Of a DNA stretch of 64,000 nt, positions 1 to 9,902 are shown piece by piece. Source of the DNA: Octopus bimaculoides (Eukaryota); contig NC_068982.1 of NCBI RefSeq assembly GCF_001194135.2, positions 48,437,686-48,501,685 of the forward strand, written 5' to 3'. Within the stretch, counting starts at the first letter, position 1. Every line of letters begins with the position of its first letter. The notes under the pieces are model-generated. The model had not been told where the DNA came from. It did not search any database and saw only the letters and a list, made by a program, of their open reading frames with translations. Made by a program: the position numbers and the translations under genes.

Positions 1-300
1 ATGGAAAACAAACCTCACCCAGCTATTCTGATTATATGTCTGTGCACACGTTTGAATGTGGTGTGTGCCAGAGGGTTTGCAAATCCAATGGGGGTCTTAA
101 AAGACATGTTAGGATCCACAATGAGCAGAACTTACTTGCAGGTATTGGTAGTGCAAATCAGAGGTGCAATCTGTGTGGGTGTTTTTTCAAAACACTGTCT
201 GGTTTAAAAAGCCACATCAGACGCCATGAAAGGGCTAAGGTGTAGGTGCAGGAGGTGGTCAAACTCTGTTTAAGGAGTAGACAACCACCATATATATATA
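1..300 (+). mobile_element. Probable 3' end of an RTE-type LINE (zinc-finger C-terminus, short stem-loop 3'UTR, TA tail)
   Basis: The stop is followed by a nested hairpin: GGTGGT 254-259 pairs with ACCACC 284-289, and ACTC 263-266 with GAGT 275-278. (TA)n follows immediately. Confidence 0.5.
3..245 (+). CDS. C-terminal ORF fragment with two C2H2 zinc fingers, open to the window edge
   Basis: Frame 3 is stop-free from nt 3 (GKQTSPSYSDYMSVHTFE...). It contains CGVCQRVCKSNGGLKRHVRIH and CNLCGCFFKTLSGLKSHIRRH, both CxxC-x12-HxxxH, and ends at TAG 243-245. Confidence 0.7.
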   Translation, partial: GKQTSPSYSDYMSVHTFECGVCQRVCKSNGGLKRHVRIHNEQNLLAGIGSANQRCNLCGCFFKTLSGLKSHIRRHERAKV

Positions 301-799
301 TACATATACACAATAGAAAGAATGAATTGGCAAACAACTAGTATCAGATTAAAGCATGGAATTTATGTATCTAAACATAACTGCAGAAGTGATAGAATAG
401 AGTGTATCATAGAAATAAAGGAGCAAAAAGGTGTACATACATGCATATAATGGGCTTAGTACAGTTTCTGTCTCAATAAATTCACTTGAAAGGCATTGTA
501 ATGAATTTGGTTCAGGGTGATAATAGAAGACACTTGCCAAAGTGCATTGCAGTGGTCATGGTTGTGGTATTTATGTTATTTACTTTAGTAACACTCTAAG
601 TATTGCAGCTAATACTCAAGTGAGCACCAAGAAAGATAAAGGCAGCCAATAGAGAAGTGATATATTTGTGATGGGGCATGATCTTAAACATCAAGACAAC
701 CAAAGAACTATTATTAACAATAGGAAGTGGAAAGATTTACTCATTTTCTCCCATAAAACAACAGGCCTGAAGTGTAAAAGGCCTTTTTTTATTTTATTG

Positions 800-990
800 A
801 TAAACTCACTGTCGTCAGCTATAAATACTAGTTCTCTGGTTTAAAATTTTGAAAAGTGTTTTAGTCTGTTTGGAATTCTAAATTAAACTGCAGTTGCCTT
901 TTTTGCTCTTTGACTTCTTGCAAAATGTAACTGACAGGAACCAAACTTAAATTTTGCAGAATGTTATGGAAGCTGTTATATCAAGTATGC
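800..990. repeat. Fragment of an unclassified dispersed repeat (80-bp segment shared with 3096-3173)
   Basis: 872-951 and 3096-3173 are near-identical direct copies (ggaattctaaattaaactgcagttgcc...ccaaacttaaa). Confidence 0.7.
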
Positions 991-1119
991 AAGAATTACT
1001 TTACTATTAGTTTTTCATGCAGAAGATGTCTCTGAGTAATTCTTTCCAGTTATTATTCTTTCAAATCAAAATACCACTTGGTATGATATAATACATATTA
1101 TAAAATATTCTTCTAAATA

Positions 1120-1315
1120 TAAAGTGGTGAGCTCACAGATACATCAGCACGTGAGGCAAAATACTTAATGGCATTTCATCTGTCTTTATTTTCTGAGTTC
1201 AAATTCTTTTCATCCTTTTGGGGTTGATAAGATAAGTATCAGTTAAGCACTGGGATTGATGCAATTGATTGTCCCTTCTCTGAAACCGTTGCACTTGTGC
1301 CAAAATTTGAAACCA
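1120..1315 (+). mobile_element. tRNA-derived SINE, class C (ggtggtgagctggcagaa...gagttcaaattc...ggggtcgat)
   Basis: A/B-box-like head and a body shared with more than 10 other copies in the window. Confidence 0.7.
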
Positions 1316-1434
1316 ATGTATTCCTCAGATCCTACATACATATTTACTTATTCTAAGATCTAGTAGTCAAAGTTTGTCTGTCTTACTGATAAGGTTTAAT
1401 ATGAGAGCAAAACACGTCCAGAGTTGACACCATA

Positions 1435-1650
1435 TCCCTTTCAATACCAACCCATCTGAAGTCATACCTAATACTATGAGGCATACTTCCTATTTCTAAA
1501 TGATCTAAATTAACCCCCCATCAAAATTTCACATTAGTTCATGTTCCAAACTCTAGTTTAATAATAACAAAATTAATTTACTAATTTCTTCTTTATTTTC
1601 AAAATTAAGTGAATTTCAACTATAATATGGCAACAAAAAAGATATACTGA
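1435..1650. mobile_element. Degraded MITE-like remnant, possibly piggyBac-like
   Basis: Resembles a recalled Octopus TTAA-CCC-terminated MITE (ccctttcaataccaacc...aatatggcaacaaaa). The termini are decayed. Confidence 0.25.
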
Positions 1651-2002
1651 AAGATTTCTTTCACTCTATTTCAAATTTAATTAATTTTAATTAATTTAAA
1701 ATTCAGCAGTTGTATCCCTTGCGTTTTACATTTTGATCTGAATTAGTAAATTAGTTAATGACTGTTCTCATCACTAGAGATGTAATTTTATTTAAATATA
1801 AAAAATTTCTTGGTTTTCTACATAGGGTATTTTAGCACCCATTTTACTATTAATATCTTTCTTTGCACCAGGTATCTTGAGATAATTTTGCCCTGTCATT
1901 CTTCTAATACATATTTGATTGGAAAGACATTCCTTCAGCAATTAATATGAAATTCACAGAATATTTTTGATAAAATATCAATATTAGATCTTCAAATAAT
2001 TT

Positions 2003-2460
2003 CTAATTTTGGCACAAGGCCAGCAATTTTGAGAAAGGGGGTTAATCAATTACACTTACCCCAGCGTGGAGTCACATTGCTTAGTGGTTAGAGTGTTAGA
2101 TTCATGATCATAAGATTATGGTTTTGATTCCTGGACCAGATGATGCACTGTGTTCTTGAGCAAAACACTTCCTTTCACGTTGCTCCAGTCCACTCAGTTG
2201 GTAAAAATAAGTAATTCCGTGATGGACCAGTGTCCCATCCAGGTGGGAAATATACTTGCCATGGAAACCAGGAAACCAGTCCTTATGAATTAGTATGATT
2301 CAAGAAGGACACTTTAACTTTAATTGACCCCAGTACTTGAATGTTACTTTATTTTAGCAACTCTAAAAGAAAGGAAGGCAAAATATATACAGAACTGGAA
2401 GGAAATCCACGAGGCATTTTGCTTGATGCTCTACCAATTCTGCCAATTGACTGCCCTCGG
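2003..2460 (-). mobile_element. Class C SINE interrupted by a nested class B SINE
   Basis: The two halves (2003-2066 and about 2325-2460) join into a class C copy. ACCCCAG is duplicated at both junctions. Confidence 0.6.
2068..2320 (+). mobile_element. tRNA-derived SINE, class B (tRNA head plus tgttcttgagcaaaacac...ttgctccagtccactcagc central domain)
   Basis: tagtggttagag A box, ggttttgattcc B box and a central domain shared with many copies. Confidence 0.8.
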
Positions 2461-3095
2461 TCTTCAGATTAATCCAATTTTTCTAAGTTAGTGTTTATGG
2501 TCTTAAAAGAAGTGAAAACTTTAATCCAACTAAAATGAATTATGATTCTCCTTCTTCAGCATTATGATTTTATCATTTAAACAATGTACATTAACATCAA
2601 TAAAAATTCCTCATAATCTGCTATAAAACTGTTTTAATGCCCTCATCTGAGTTACTATTACTGCTTTATGTCTTCGTAATTTCCTGATAAATGATACTTG
2701 CCTTTTTAATTATTTATCCTCAAATAATATTGAGCCAATAATAAAGCACTTTATTTCCATTTATTGGTAATTTTAGTAATTAGTTATTGCAAGCACTCGC
2801 AGTTGCATTTCTATACATATAATAAGAGTTAAATGAAGATAGTGAATTAAATTATTCATGATGGCATATAATGTTTATGACTAAGTGCACTAGAGTATAT
2901 AACTATCTGCACTGAAGGCAAAATAAAGTATAAAGAGTATGATAAATTCAAGACAGAATTCTTTGAGAATATTAATTACCAGTTATGTCTAAAATGCAGG
3001 CTGACACCATGTAATAGCTAAATAAATTATCAAAAGTGGGGTAAGTATAAATGATTTTCTTTTTGGTGGATCACAAAGCAGAATGGTGGATCACA

Positions 3096-3410
3096 GGAAT
3101 TCTAAATTAAACTGCAGTTGCCCTTTTTGCTCTTTGACTTCTTGCAAAATGTAACAGAAGAACCAAACTTAAATATAACAGCATGAAAATTTGGGGTTAA
3201 AAACTCTTCGGAAAGTAAAAAACTCGAAGGCTGCCTGTGTGACTCAAACACACATCTCTAAACAATACAGGCATTGTTCTATTGGATCAAAGCAATCCTT
3301 CGAATTTCTCAATGCCATTTTTTATAGATTTATCTGCTTTGAGATTCACCATTCCAAAAAAGAATTATTTCATGTTCTCTCAAAAGTTTATAAATGCTTA
3401 TGATGTCAAC
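3096..3410. repeat. Unclassified dispersed repeat, possibly DNA-transposon-derived, shared with 800-990 and 59580-59811
   Basis: 3193-3322 matches the reverse complement of 59580-59709. 3333-3408 matches 59738-59811 directly. Confidence 0.65.
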
Positions 3411-3734
3411 AAAATAACTGATTTAAAATATTTTGTTTACCATTCTTCTGGTACATAAAGAAAAATAAGTTAACTGAATCATATATTTAGGCATTTGGAA
3501 CACATTCCTGATTTGTTCGTCTTCATTTAATTCTTTATTCAGGGTGACTTTGTTCTATCATTTATCTAAACTAATGAAGAAGCTTCTACACAGTTGCTTG
3601 ACTTGTGAGGAATATCAGTTAAATTTCCTTCAAATTATATCCTATGTTCTTGGAGAAGGAAGGACGAATTAGACAATTTAATCTCTATCATATTACAAAA
3701 TGGCAAAATAAAAACAATTAAATAATTCTTCCTA

Positions 3735-3960
3735 ATTTTAGCACAAAGTCAGCAATTTTGAAAGAAGGGAAGCAAGTTGATTACAACAACCCCAGTGCAT
3801 GACTGGTACTTAATTTAGGGACCCTGAAAGGATGAAAGGCAAAATCGACCTCAGACGACTTTTGAACTTAGAGATTCAGAAGCAATGCCACTAAACATTT
3901 AGTCCAATGTGTTAATGATTCTGCCAGCTTGTTGCCTTCTAATAATTTAATAAAATCAGT
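3735..3960 (-). mobile_element. Class C SINE
   Basis: Reverse complement of the class C consensus (aaaggatgaaaggcaaaatcgacc...attctgccagct). Confidence 0.7.
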
Positions 3961-4129
3961 CTTATGACATTTGGAATGCCTTTGATTAAAGGTCTGCTCA
4001 CTCAAAACTGACTCACCTAGTGGTGCTTTGGGGATGAGGACTTCAATTACAATAATAACAATAAACATTAACACATATTCCTATGATTTTCCCATTTAAC
4101 ATGTATCTACTTAGTTTCCATCATAGGCA

Positions 4130-4295
4130 TAGTCATGGCTGTGGTTAAGATGCTTGCTTTGCAGCCATATAGTTTTGAGGTTCAGTCCTACAGCAAGTGT
4201 CTTCTTGGGCAAGTGTCTTCTACTATAGTCCCAGGCCAACACCCAATGTTTTGTGAGTGGAATTGGTAGAAGGAAACTGAAAGAAGTCTGTCATA
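4130..4295 (+). mobile_element. Class A SINE 5' half (ggctgtg(t)ggtaagaagcttgct head, ttgggcaagtgtcttctactatag core)
   Basis: Matches the most abundant repeat in the window. Its 3' half lies at about 4680-4905. Confidence 0.75.
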
Positions 4296-4324
4296 TATAT
4301 ATATCTACCTATCTATCTATCTAT

Positions 4325-4460
4325 CATCATCATTTAATGTCTGCTTTCCATGCTGGCATGGGATGGACAGCTTGACAGGAGCTGGCTAGGCAGAAGACTG
4401 CACAAGGCTTCACTGTCTGTTTTGGCATGGTTTTTTTTAATGATTGGATGTCCTTCCTAA
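4325..4460 (-). mobile_element. RTE-tail SINE or LINE 3' end with (ATG)n tail
   Basis: catcatttaatgtctgctttccatgctggcatggg matches the 3' end of the young RTE at 30431. Confidence 0.75.
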
Positions 4461-4462
4461 TA

Positions 4463-4541
4463 CAGTAATCCCTTGACTATCATGGTTGTTATGTTCCAAA
4501 ATCCCCTGTGATAGTTGAACCGCGATATGACAAGGGATTAC

Positions 4542-4543
<2 letters not shown>
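4463..4543. mobile_element. 81-bp pogo/Tigger-like micro-MITE
   Basis: Perfect 13-bp TIR CAGTAATCCCTTG/CAAGGGATTACTG extending imperfectly to about 25 bp, with TA on the left flank. Confidence 0.75.

Positions 4544-4544
<1 letters not shown>

Positions 4545-4632
<88 letters not shown>
4545..4632. repeat. (AT)n microsatellite
   Basis: About 44 uninterrupted AT units. Confidence 0.95.
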
Positions 4633-4635
<3 letters not shown>

Positions 4636-5237
4636 TACATACATACATACACACACATTTATATATATATATCTGCTGTGTGAGTGTGTCTTTCAGTTTG
4701 TGTACACCCCATCACCACCATTTGACAACCAGTGTTAGTTTATTTACATCCATGTAACTTAACAGTTTTGGGAAAAAACGTCCAATAGAATAAGTACCAG
4801 GCATAGGAAAATAAGTACCAGGATCAATTTGTTCAGCTAAACTCTCCATGGTGGTGCCATGGTATGGCTGCAGTTCAATGACTGAAACAAGTAAAAGATA
4901 TAAGATGAAAAGAACTAAAAGACTTCTTTATTATTTTAATTTTCTTTGTTAAGAATATATGATTTTATTGATGTAATATCTTCATTAAGTTCAAATTCTG
5001 CCAAGGCTGAATTTGCCTTTCATCCTTTCAGGGTCAATAAATTAAGTACCACCTGCACACTGGGGTCGATCTAATCGACTGCCCCCCCCAAAAAAAAAAT
5101 TTCGGGCCTTGTGCCTAGTATAGAAAAGTATATCGTTATTAAATTTTTATTATCCCAAAAGATAAAACCTTTCATCTATGTAAGTCAGCCATAAGGAGAT
5201 CATGGAGATCATGATGTCAAAACAAGAACACACACAA

Positions 5238-5285
<48 letters not shown>

Positions 5286-5999
5286 TCATATGTGTGTGTG
5301 TGTGTGTGTGTGTGTGTATGAGCGCACAATGTTCTTCCAGCTTCTGTCTATCGAATCCATTCATAGGTCTTTGGTCAGACCCCAAGGCCATAGTTGAAAA
5401 TATTGCACAAAGTGCCATGCAGTGGGACTGAACCAAAAAGCATACATTTAGGAGGTAACTTTCTTAACCACACAGTCATACCTGCTCCAGAAACCATGCC
5501 AGGATCTATAACCACACTTGCAACTATTGAATTTAAGAAAAAAGACAGCTTCCTTTTATTATCCAATATCTATTTTGTTCCTATTGTTTCTAGTTCAGAA
5601 GTGATTAGATTAATAAAGCAATATAGTTTACTAATATATTGGTTCTATTATAACTGAAGTATGAAATTTGTATGTTTCATGTTTTAATTATGAAAGTTGA
5701 ACATTAAAGCTAACAATGGAAAAGAACAAAGTCAGAAGATCTCTGCTGAGAAAAGATAGCACTTCTGTCTAAAGCTGCCATTAGCAGTGCACAGAGTGTA
5801 AATTTGAAAGGCTAAAAAGTAATACAGTACATAGTTGATTCAAATATGGATACAGCTAATGGTAAGTCATCATCATTTTTGTTGTTGTTATATATATTAC
5901 TGTTTTATGAGAGTTTATCTGTGCTGTCATGGATTAGAGTAGTCTGGCACTACCTTAAAGTGTTTAGTCAAAGAAAATGACCTCAGTATAAATTTACTA

Positions 6000-6300
6000 A
6001 TTTTTGTTGTTGTTTAAGCTTAATGTTTAGCCTATCAATCACTTCTTGACAAACTGCTAAGTTACGGGGATGTGAACAAACTAACAACAGTTGTCATGTG
6101 ATGGTGGCTGACAAACACATACACACATACACACATACATGTATGATGGGCTCCAATTTCTGTCTGCCAAATCCACACACAAGGATTCAGTGAGTCCAAT
6201 GCTATAGTTGAAGACACTTGTTCAAGATGGGACACAGTTGAACTGAACCTGGAACCATGTGGTTAGGAAGCAATCTTCTTACCACACAGCTCTGCCTGTC
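6000..6300 (-). mobile_element. Class A SINE
   Basis: Reverse-complement class A copy with an internal CA-rich tract. Confidence 0.75.
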
Positions 6301-6429
6301 CCAATTTTTCATCATCTCATTTATGAGGCTACTTCAATGGCTCCTTCTTTTAGATAGATTATATTGATTTATCTTAGAGGATATCACAATTCATTTTGAT
6401 CTTGCATTATCTCATTTGGTAAGCTGTTT

Positions 6430-7260
6430 CATGAAACAGTTATTTTTTACTAATGATGCCTTCCATTTTTGTATTCATTGCTTATTGTCCATTCACATCA
6501 TGCATTCATACTACCACAGTTGTCTCCCATGATGCCTTTAATATCTTATCATTCCCCTTCAATTGCATCATTACACATTCAACGTATCATACTCAACTCC
6601 TTTCTCTCTTGAGTCTGCCAATCTTACATATTCAATGTCTATGTCTCATCAAGTCACATAGCCAAGTTGTTGGGGTGCTGGACTCACAATCATAAGATTA
6701 CAGGTTCAATTTCTTAAGTGGATGGTACACTATGTCCTTGAGCAAGGCACTCATTTTTATGTTGCTCTAGTCTGCACAACTGAAAATGAACACCAGCCAA
6801 GTGCTGGTATAGTTCTCTCCATCCAACTGTCACATCCTTGAATATTCACTGGGTCAAGAGTGGGAGAACCATGAAGGTGTATATGTTAGCTTGTGAGTAT
6901 GGCTTTCTGTCTCATTATCACAGAACATTCTACTACTTAAACATATTTCCTACAATCTGTCCTTGACACAAAAGTAAAAGACTTAGTTTTCAATAGAAGC
7001 AACAGTTCCTTGAACTCCTTTCAACCTTTTCGTATTCTAGCTTCCACGCTTTCACAGCAGCAGCCCAACACACTAATTAGATCATCGAGGTAACAGAAAC
7101 TCTGAACTATGTCTAATGAACCATCTGTGAAGTTTATGGACTTCATTCTATTGTTAATTATTCCTGTACATGTAACACATCTGAAGTATTTTTCTTACAA
7201 CTTTCTGACAAATCCTGCCATAGGAACAAGGTCACCAACATATAAAAGTTCTCGAAGATA
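6430..7260 (-). mobile_element. Old RTE-type LINE RT/C-terminal remnant interrupted by a class B SINE (6650-6800)
   Basis: Minus strand reads ...GSLDIVQSFCYLDDLISVLGCCCESVEARIRKG*KEFKELLLLL..., collinear with the young RTE at 31363-31597. ERKELSMIR*MC continues past the SINE. Confidence 0.7.
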
Positions 7261-7604
7261 ATAATTAACGAAGAAGAGAATCTGACTCATTAATCTTATA
7301 TCTAATTCATGAATCTTTCCGTGGCTTCAATCTTGTCAAGTCTGAATGAATCTTATTCACACTCTAAAGGTTATGCATTGTAGTAGATAGAAACTTGCAG
7401 TCAGAAATACCTTTCCATTTATTTATATGTAATTCTGTCAAAATAACAAGTCGTTACATTTCACAATAATCACCTTACAGACATAAATAATACCAAAGTG
7501 TCTACTTACTGAGCAACAAATGGCACAAATAATATTCACTAGATGACAAGTAAAGATATTTCTGAAATATTCTGTTGAGATTATGTTTGATTCTTTTATT
7601 TTTA

Positions 7605-7773
7605 CGACTATGTGGCTGTGGGTTCAATCCCACAGTGTGGAAACTTGGGCGAGTGTCTTCCATAACAACCCTGGATCAACCAATACTGTGCAATTGAATT
7701 TGGTAGACAGAGAACTGTGTGAAAACTTGAATACATATGCGTGTGTGTGTGTGTGTTTGTGTGTGTGGGGGTA

Positions 7774-7807
<34 letters not shown>

Positions 7808-8065
7808 TGTGTGTGTGCGTGTGTGTGTTTGTGCGTGTGTGTGTGTGTGTGTGTGTGTTTGTTCCCACCCCACCTATTGACAACCAGTGTTAGTTTATGT
7901 CCCTGTAACTTAACAATTTGGCAAAAGAGACTGATAGAGTTAATACTAGAACTTTAAAAAGAATTAGTACTGGGGTTGATTTGTTTGGCTAAGCCCTTCA
8001 ACGTGGTGCCCCAGCAAGGCCACAGTCCAATAACTCAAACAAATAAAATATAAAAGATAAAATAT
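7605..8065 (+). mobile_element. Class A SINE with internal (GT)n
   Basis: Head/core, microsatellite, then the ttgacaacc...ggtgccccagca..aaaagataaaa tail. Confidence 0.8.
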
Positions 8066-8104
8066 AGAAAACAAGTAAAGAGATTTCCTGGACAAAAAGT
8101 GTGT

Positions 8105-8510
8105 CCTTTATCTTTTACTTGTCTCAGTCATTAGACCAGGCCATACTGGGACACTGCCTTGAAGAATTTTAATCAAATTAATTAATACCAGCTCTTATAA
8201 TTTTTTTAATGCCTGGTACTTATTCTACCTGTCTCTTTTGCCAAACAACTAAGCTATGGGGATGTAAACACACCAACACTGGTTGTCAAGCAGTGGTGGT
8301 GGGGGACAAACACAGACACAAAACACACTCACACTCAAATATATATATACAATATATATGACAGGCTTCTTTCAGTTTCCGTCAACCAAATATACTCCCA
8401 AGGCCTTGTTTGACTTGAAACACTTGCGCAAGGTGCCGTGCAATGGAACTGAACCCAGAACCACGTGGTTGAGAAGCAAGCTTCTTATCACACACCCATG
8501 CCTGCACCTA
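8105..8510 (-). mobile_element. Class A SINE
   Basis: Reverse-complement copy, tail-to-tail with 7605-8065. Confidence 0.8.
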
Positions 8511-8529
8511 TGATTCTGTAATTTCAGTA

Positions 8530-8950
8530 CTTATCTTTTATCTTTTACTTGTTTTAGTCATTGGACTGTGGCCATGCTGGGGCGCCACCTTCAAGAATCG
8601 ATCTCAGTTCTTATGCTTTTCTTTTTAAAAATCTGGTACTTATTCTATCAGACCCTTTTGAGAAACTGCTAAGTTACAGGGAAACAAACACACAAGTACT
8701 GGTTGTGAAGCAATGGCTGGGGGACAGATACAGATGTAAAGACACACACATATGCACACACTCTGTCTCTCACACACACACACATGTACAAAAGGCTTCT
8801 TTCAGTTTCTGTCAACCAAATACATTCACAAGGCTTTAGTCAACCTGGGACTATAGTAGAAGTCACTTGCCCAAGATGCTAGGCAGTGGGACTGAATCCA
8901 GAGCCATGCACTTGGGAAGCAAGCTTCTTACCACAGAGCCACACCAGTAC
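8530..8950 (-). mobile_element. Class A SINE
   Basis: Near full-length reverse-complement copy. Confidence 0.8.
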
Positions 8951-9508
8951 CTATTTAAGGACTACAATTAAGAGATAATTATTTTGAATTTTCCAGATTA
9001 CAATTGATAGAAAATGTATCAGTATTAAGTTAGTGTAGGATGGAGAATGACCTTTAACAGGCTATCATTAACCTTTAGAGTTTCAAATAAAGAAAATCTT
9101 AGGACATTAATTCATGCTTTTAATTAGTTCTGAAACCATTAGACTGATATTGGCAATAGTAGTTAAACTTNNNNNNNNNNNNNNNNNNNNNNNNNNNNNN
9201 NNNNNNNNNNNNNNNNNNNNNNNNNNNNNNNNNNNNNNNNNNNNNNNNNNNNNNNNNNNNNNNNNNNNNNNNNNNNNNNNNNNNNNNNNNNNNNNNNNNN
9301 NNNNNNNNNNNNNNNNNNNNNNNNNNNNNNNNNNNNNNNNNNNNNNNNNNNNNNNNNNNNNNNNNNNNNNNNNNNNNNNNNNNNNNNNNNNNNNNNNNNN
9401 NNNNNNNNNNNNNNNNNNNNNNNNNNNNNNNNNNNNNNNNNNNNNNNNNNNNNNNNNNNNNNNNNNNNNNNNNNNNNNNNNNNNNNNNNNNNNNNNNNNN
9501 NNNNNNNN

Positions 9509-9887
9509 CAATTTATTAATTTATTAATAAATCAACAATTAATAATTTTTACCAAGCCCTTCGGTATGTAAACACCATTATCGGTGGAGAACTTATTTAA
9601 AAGTTCTTATACATTTATAAACATAATTAAGGGATCAGCAAACATTTGCTTCACCACATACCAAAGTTCAGAAATAGCAGCTAAAAAAACTGAGACTCCA
9701 ACAGATAGCATTACTTGTAACTCACAAAGGCAAAAACAAGAAGAAAAAACAATGAAAACTAACCATTCGAAGTTAATCATAGACACGTTTCTGGATTATG
9801 AGCGATAATACTCAATTTCCTTCATCGGTATGCTATTTCTGAACTTCGGTATGTGGTGAAGCAAATGTTTCCTGATCCCTTAATTAT
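9509..9887 (-). mobile_element. Non-autonomous element with a 57-bp inverted repeat and hammerhead-like motifs (Penelope-like terminal repeat, or TTAA MITE)
   Basis: 9623-9679 and 9831-9887 are inverted with 2 mismatches. TTAA sits at 9627-9630 and 9880-9883. The minus strand carries CCGATGA...GAAAC and CCGATAA...GAAG motifs. Confidence 0.6.
9778..9832 (-). ncRNA. Minimal type-I hammerhead-ribozyme-like motif (variant core)
   Basis: CATA-CCGATGA-A-GGA[22 nt containing TGAG/CTCA]TCC-A-GAAA-CGTGT-C-TATG. Stem I is CATA/TATG, with a GUC triplet. Confidence 0.45.
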
Positions 9888-9902
9888 ATATATATATATC
9901 TA

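Noticed and set aside
878-930. Minus-strand terminal-exon reading TFCKKSKSKKGNCSLI*, a polybasic CaaX motif with AATAAA about 85 nt downstream
   Set aside because: It lies within the 80-bp segment repeated at 3096-3173, where the acceptor AG is absent. No upstream GTPase-like or other exons could be found. Most likely a chance reading of repeat DNA.
1381-1423. Hammerhead-like string CTGATAA-ggtttaatatgagagc-AAAA-CACGT-C
   Set aside because: Two core mismatches, almost no stem II and a poor stem I. Not distinguishable from chance.
2068-2150. tRNA-like sequences with A/B boxes (also 11150-11228, 17795-17878, 38505-38580, 63605-63680)
   Set aside because: These are SINE heads with imperfect cloverleaves, attached to repeat bodies or tails. 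No functional tRNA gene is supported.
4437-4738. ORFs with poly-YI, poly-HT or poly-CV runs, here and throughout the ORF track
   Set aside because: Translations of (AT)n, (CA)n and (GT)n microsatellites.
5700-5865. Coding-like stretch ending at a strong G|GTAAGT donor
   Set aside because: All frames contain stops within about 45 nt of the donor, there is no good acceptor, and no family is recognised.
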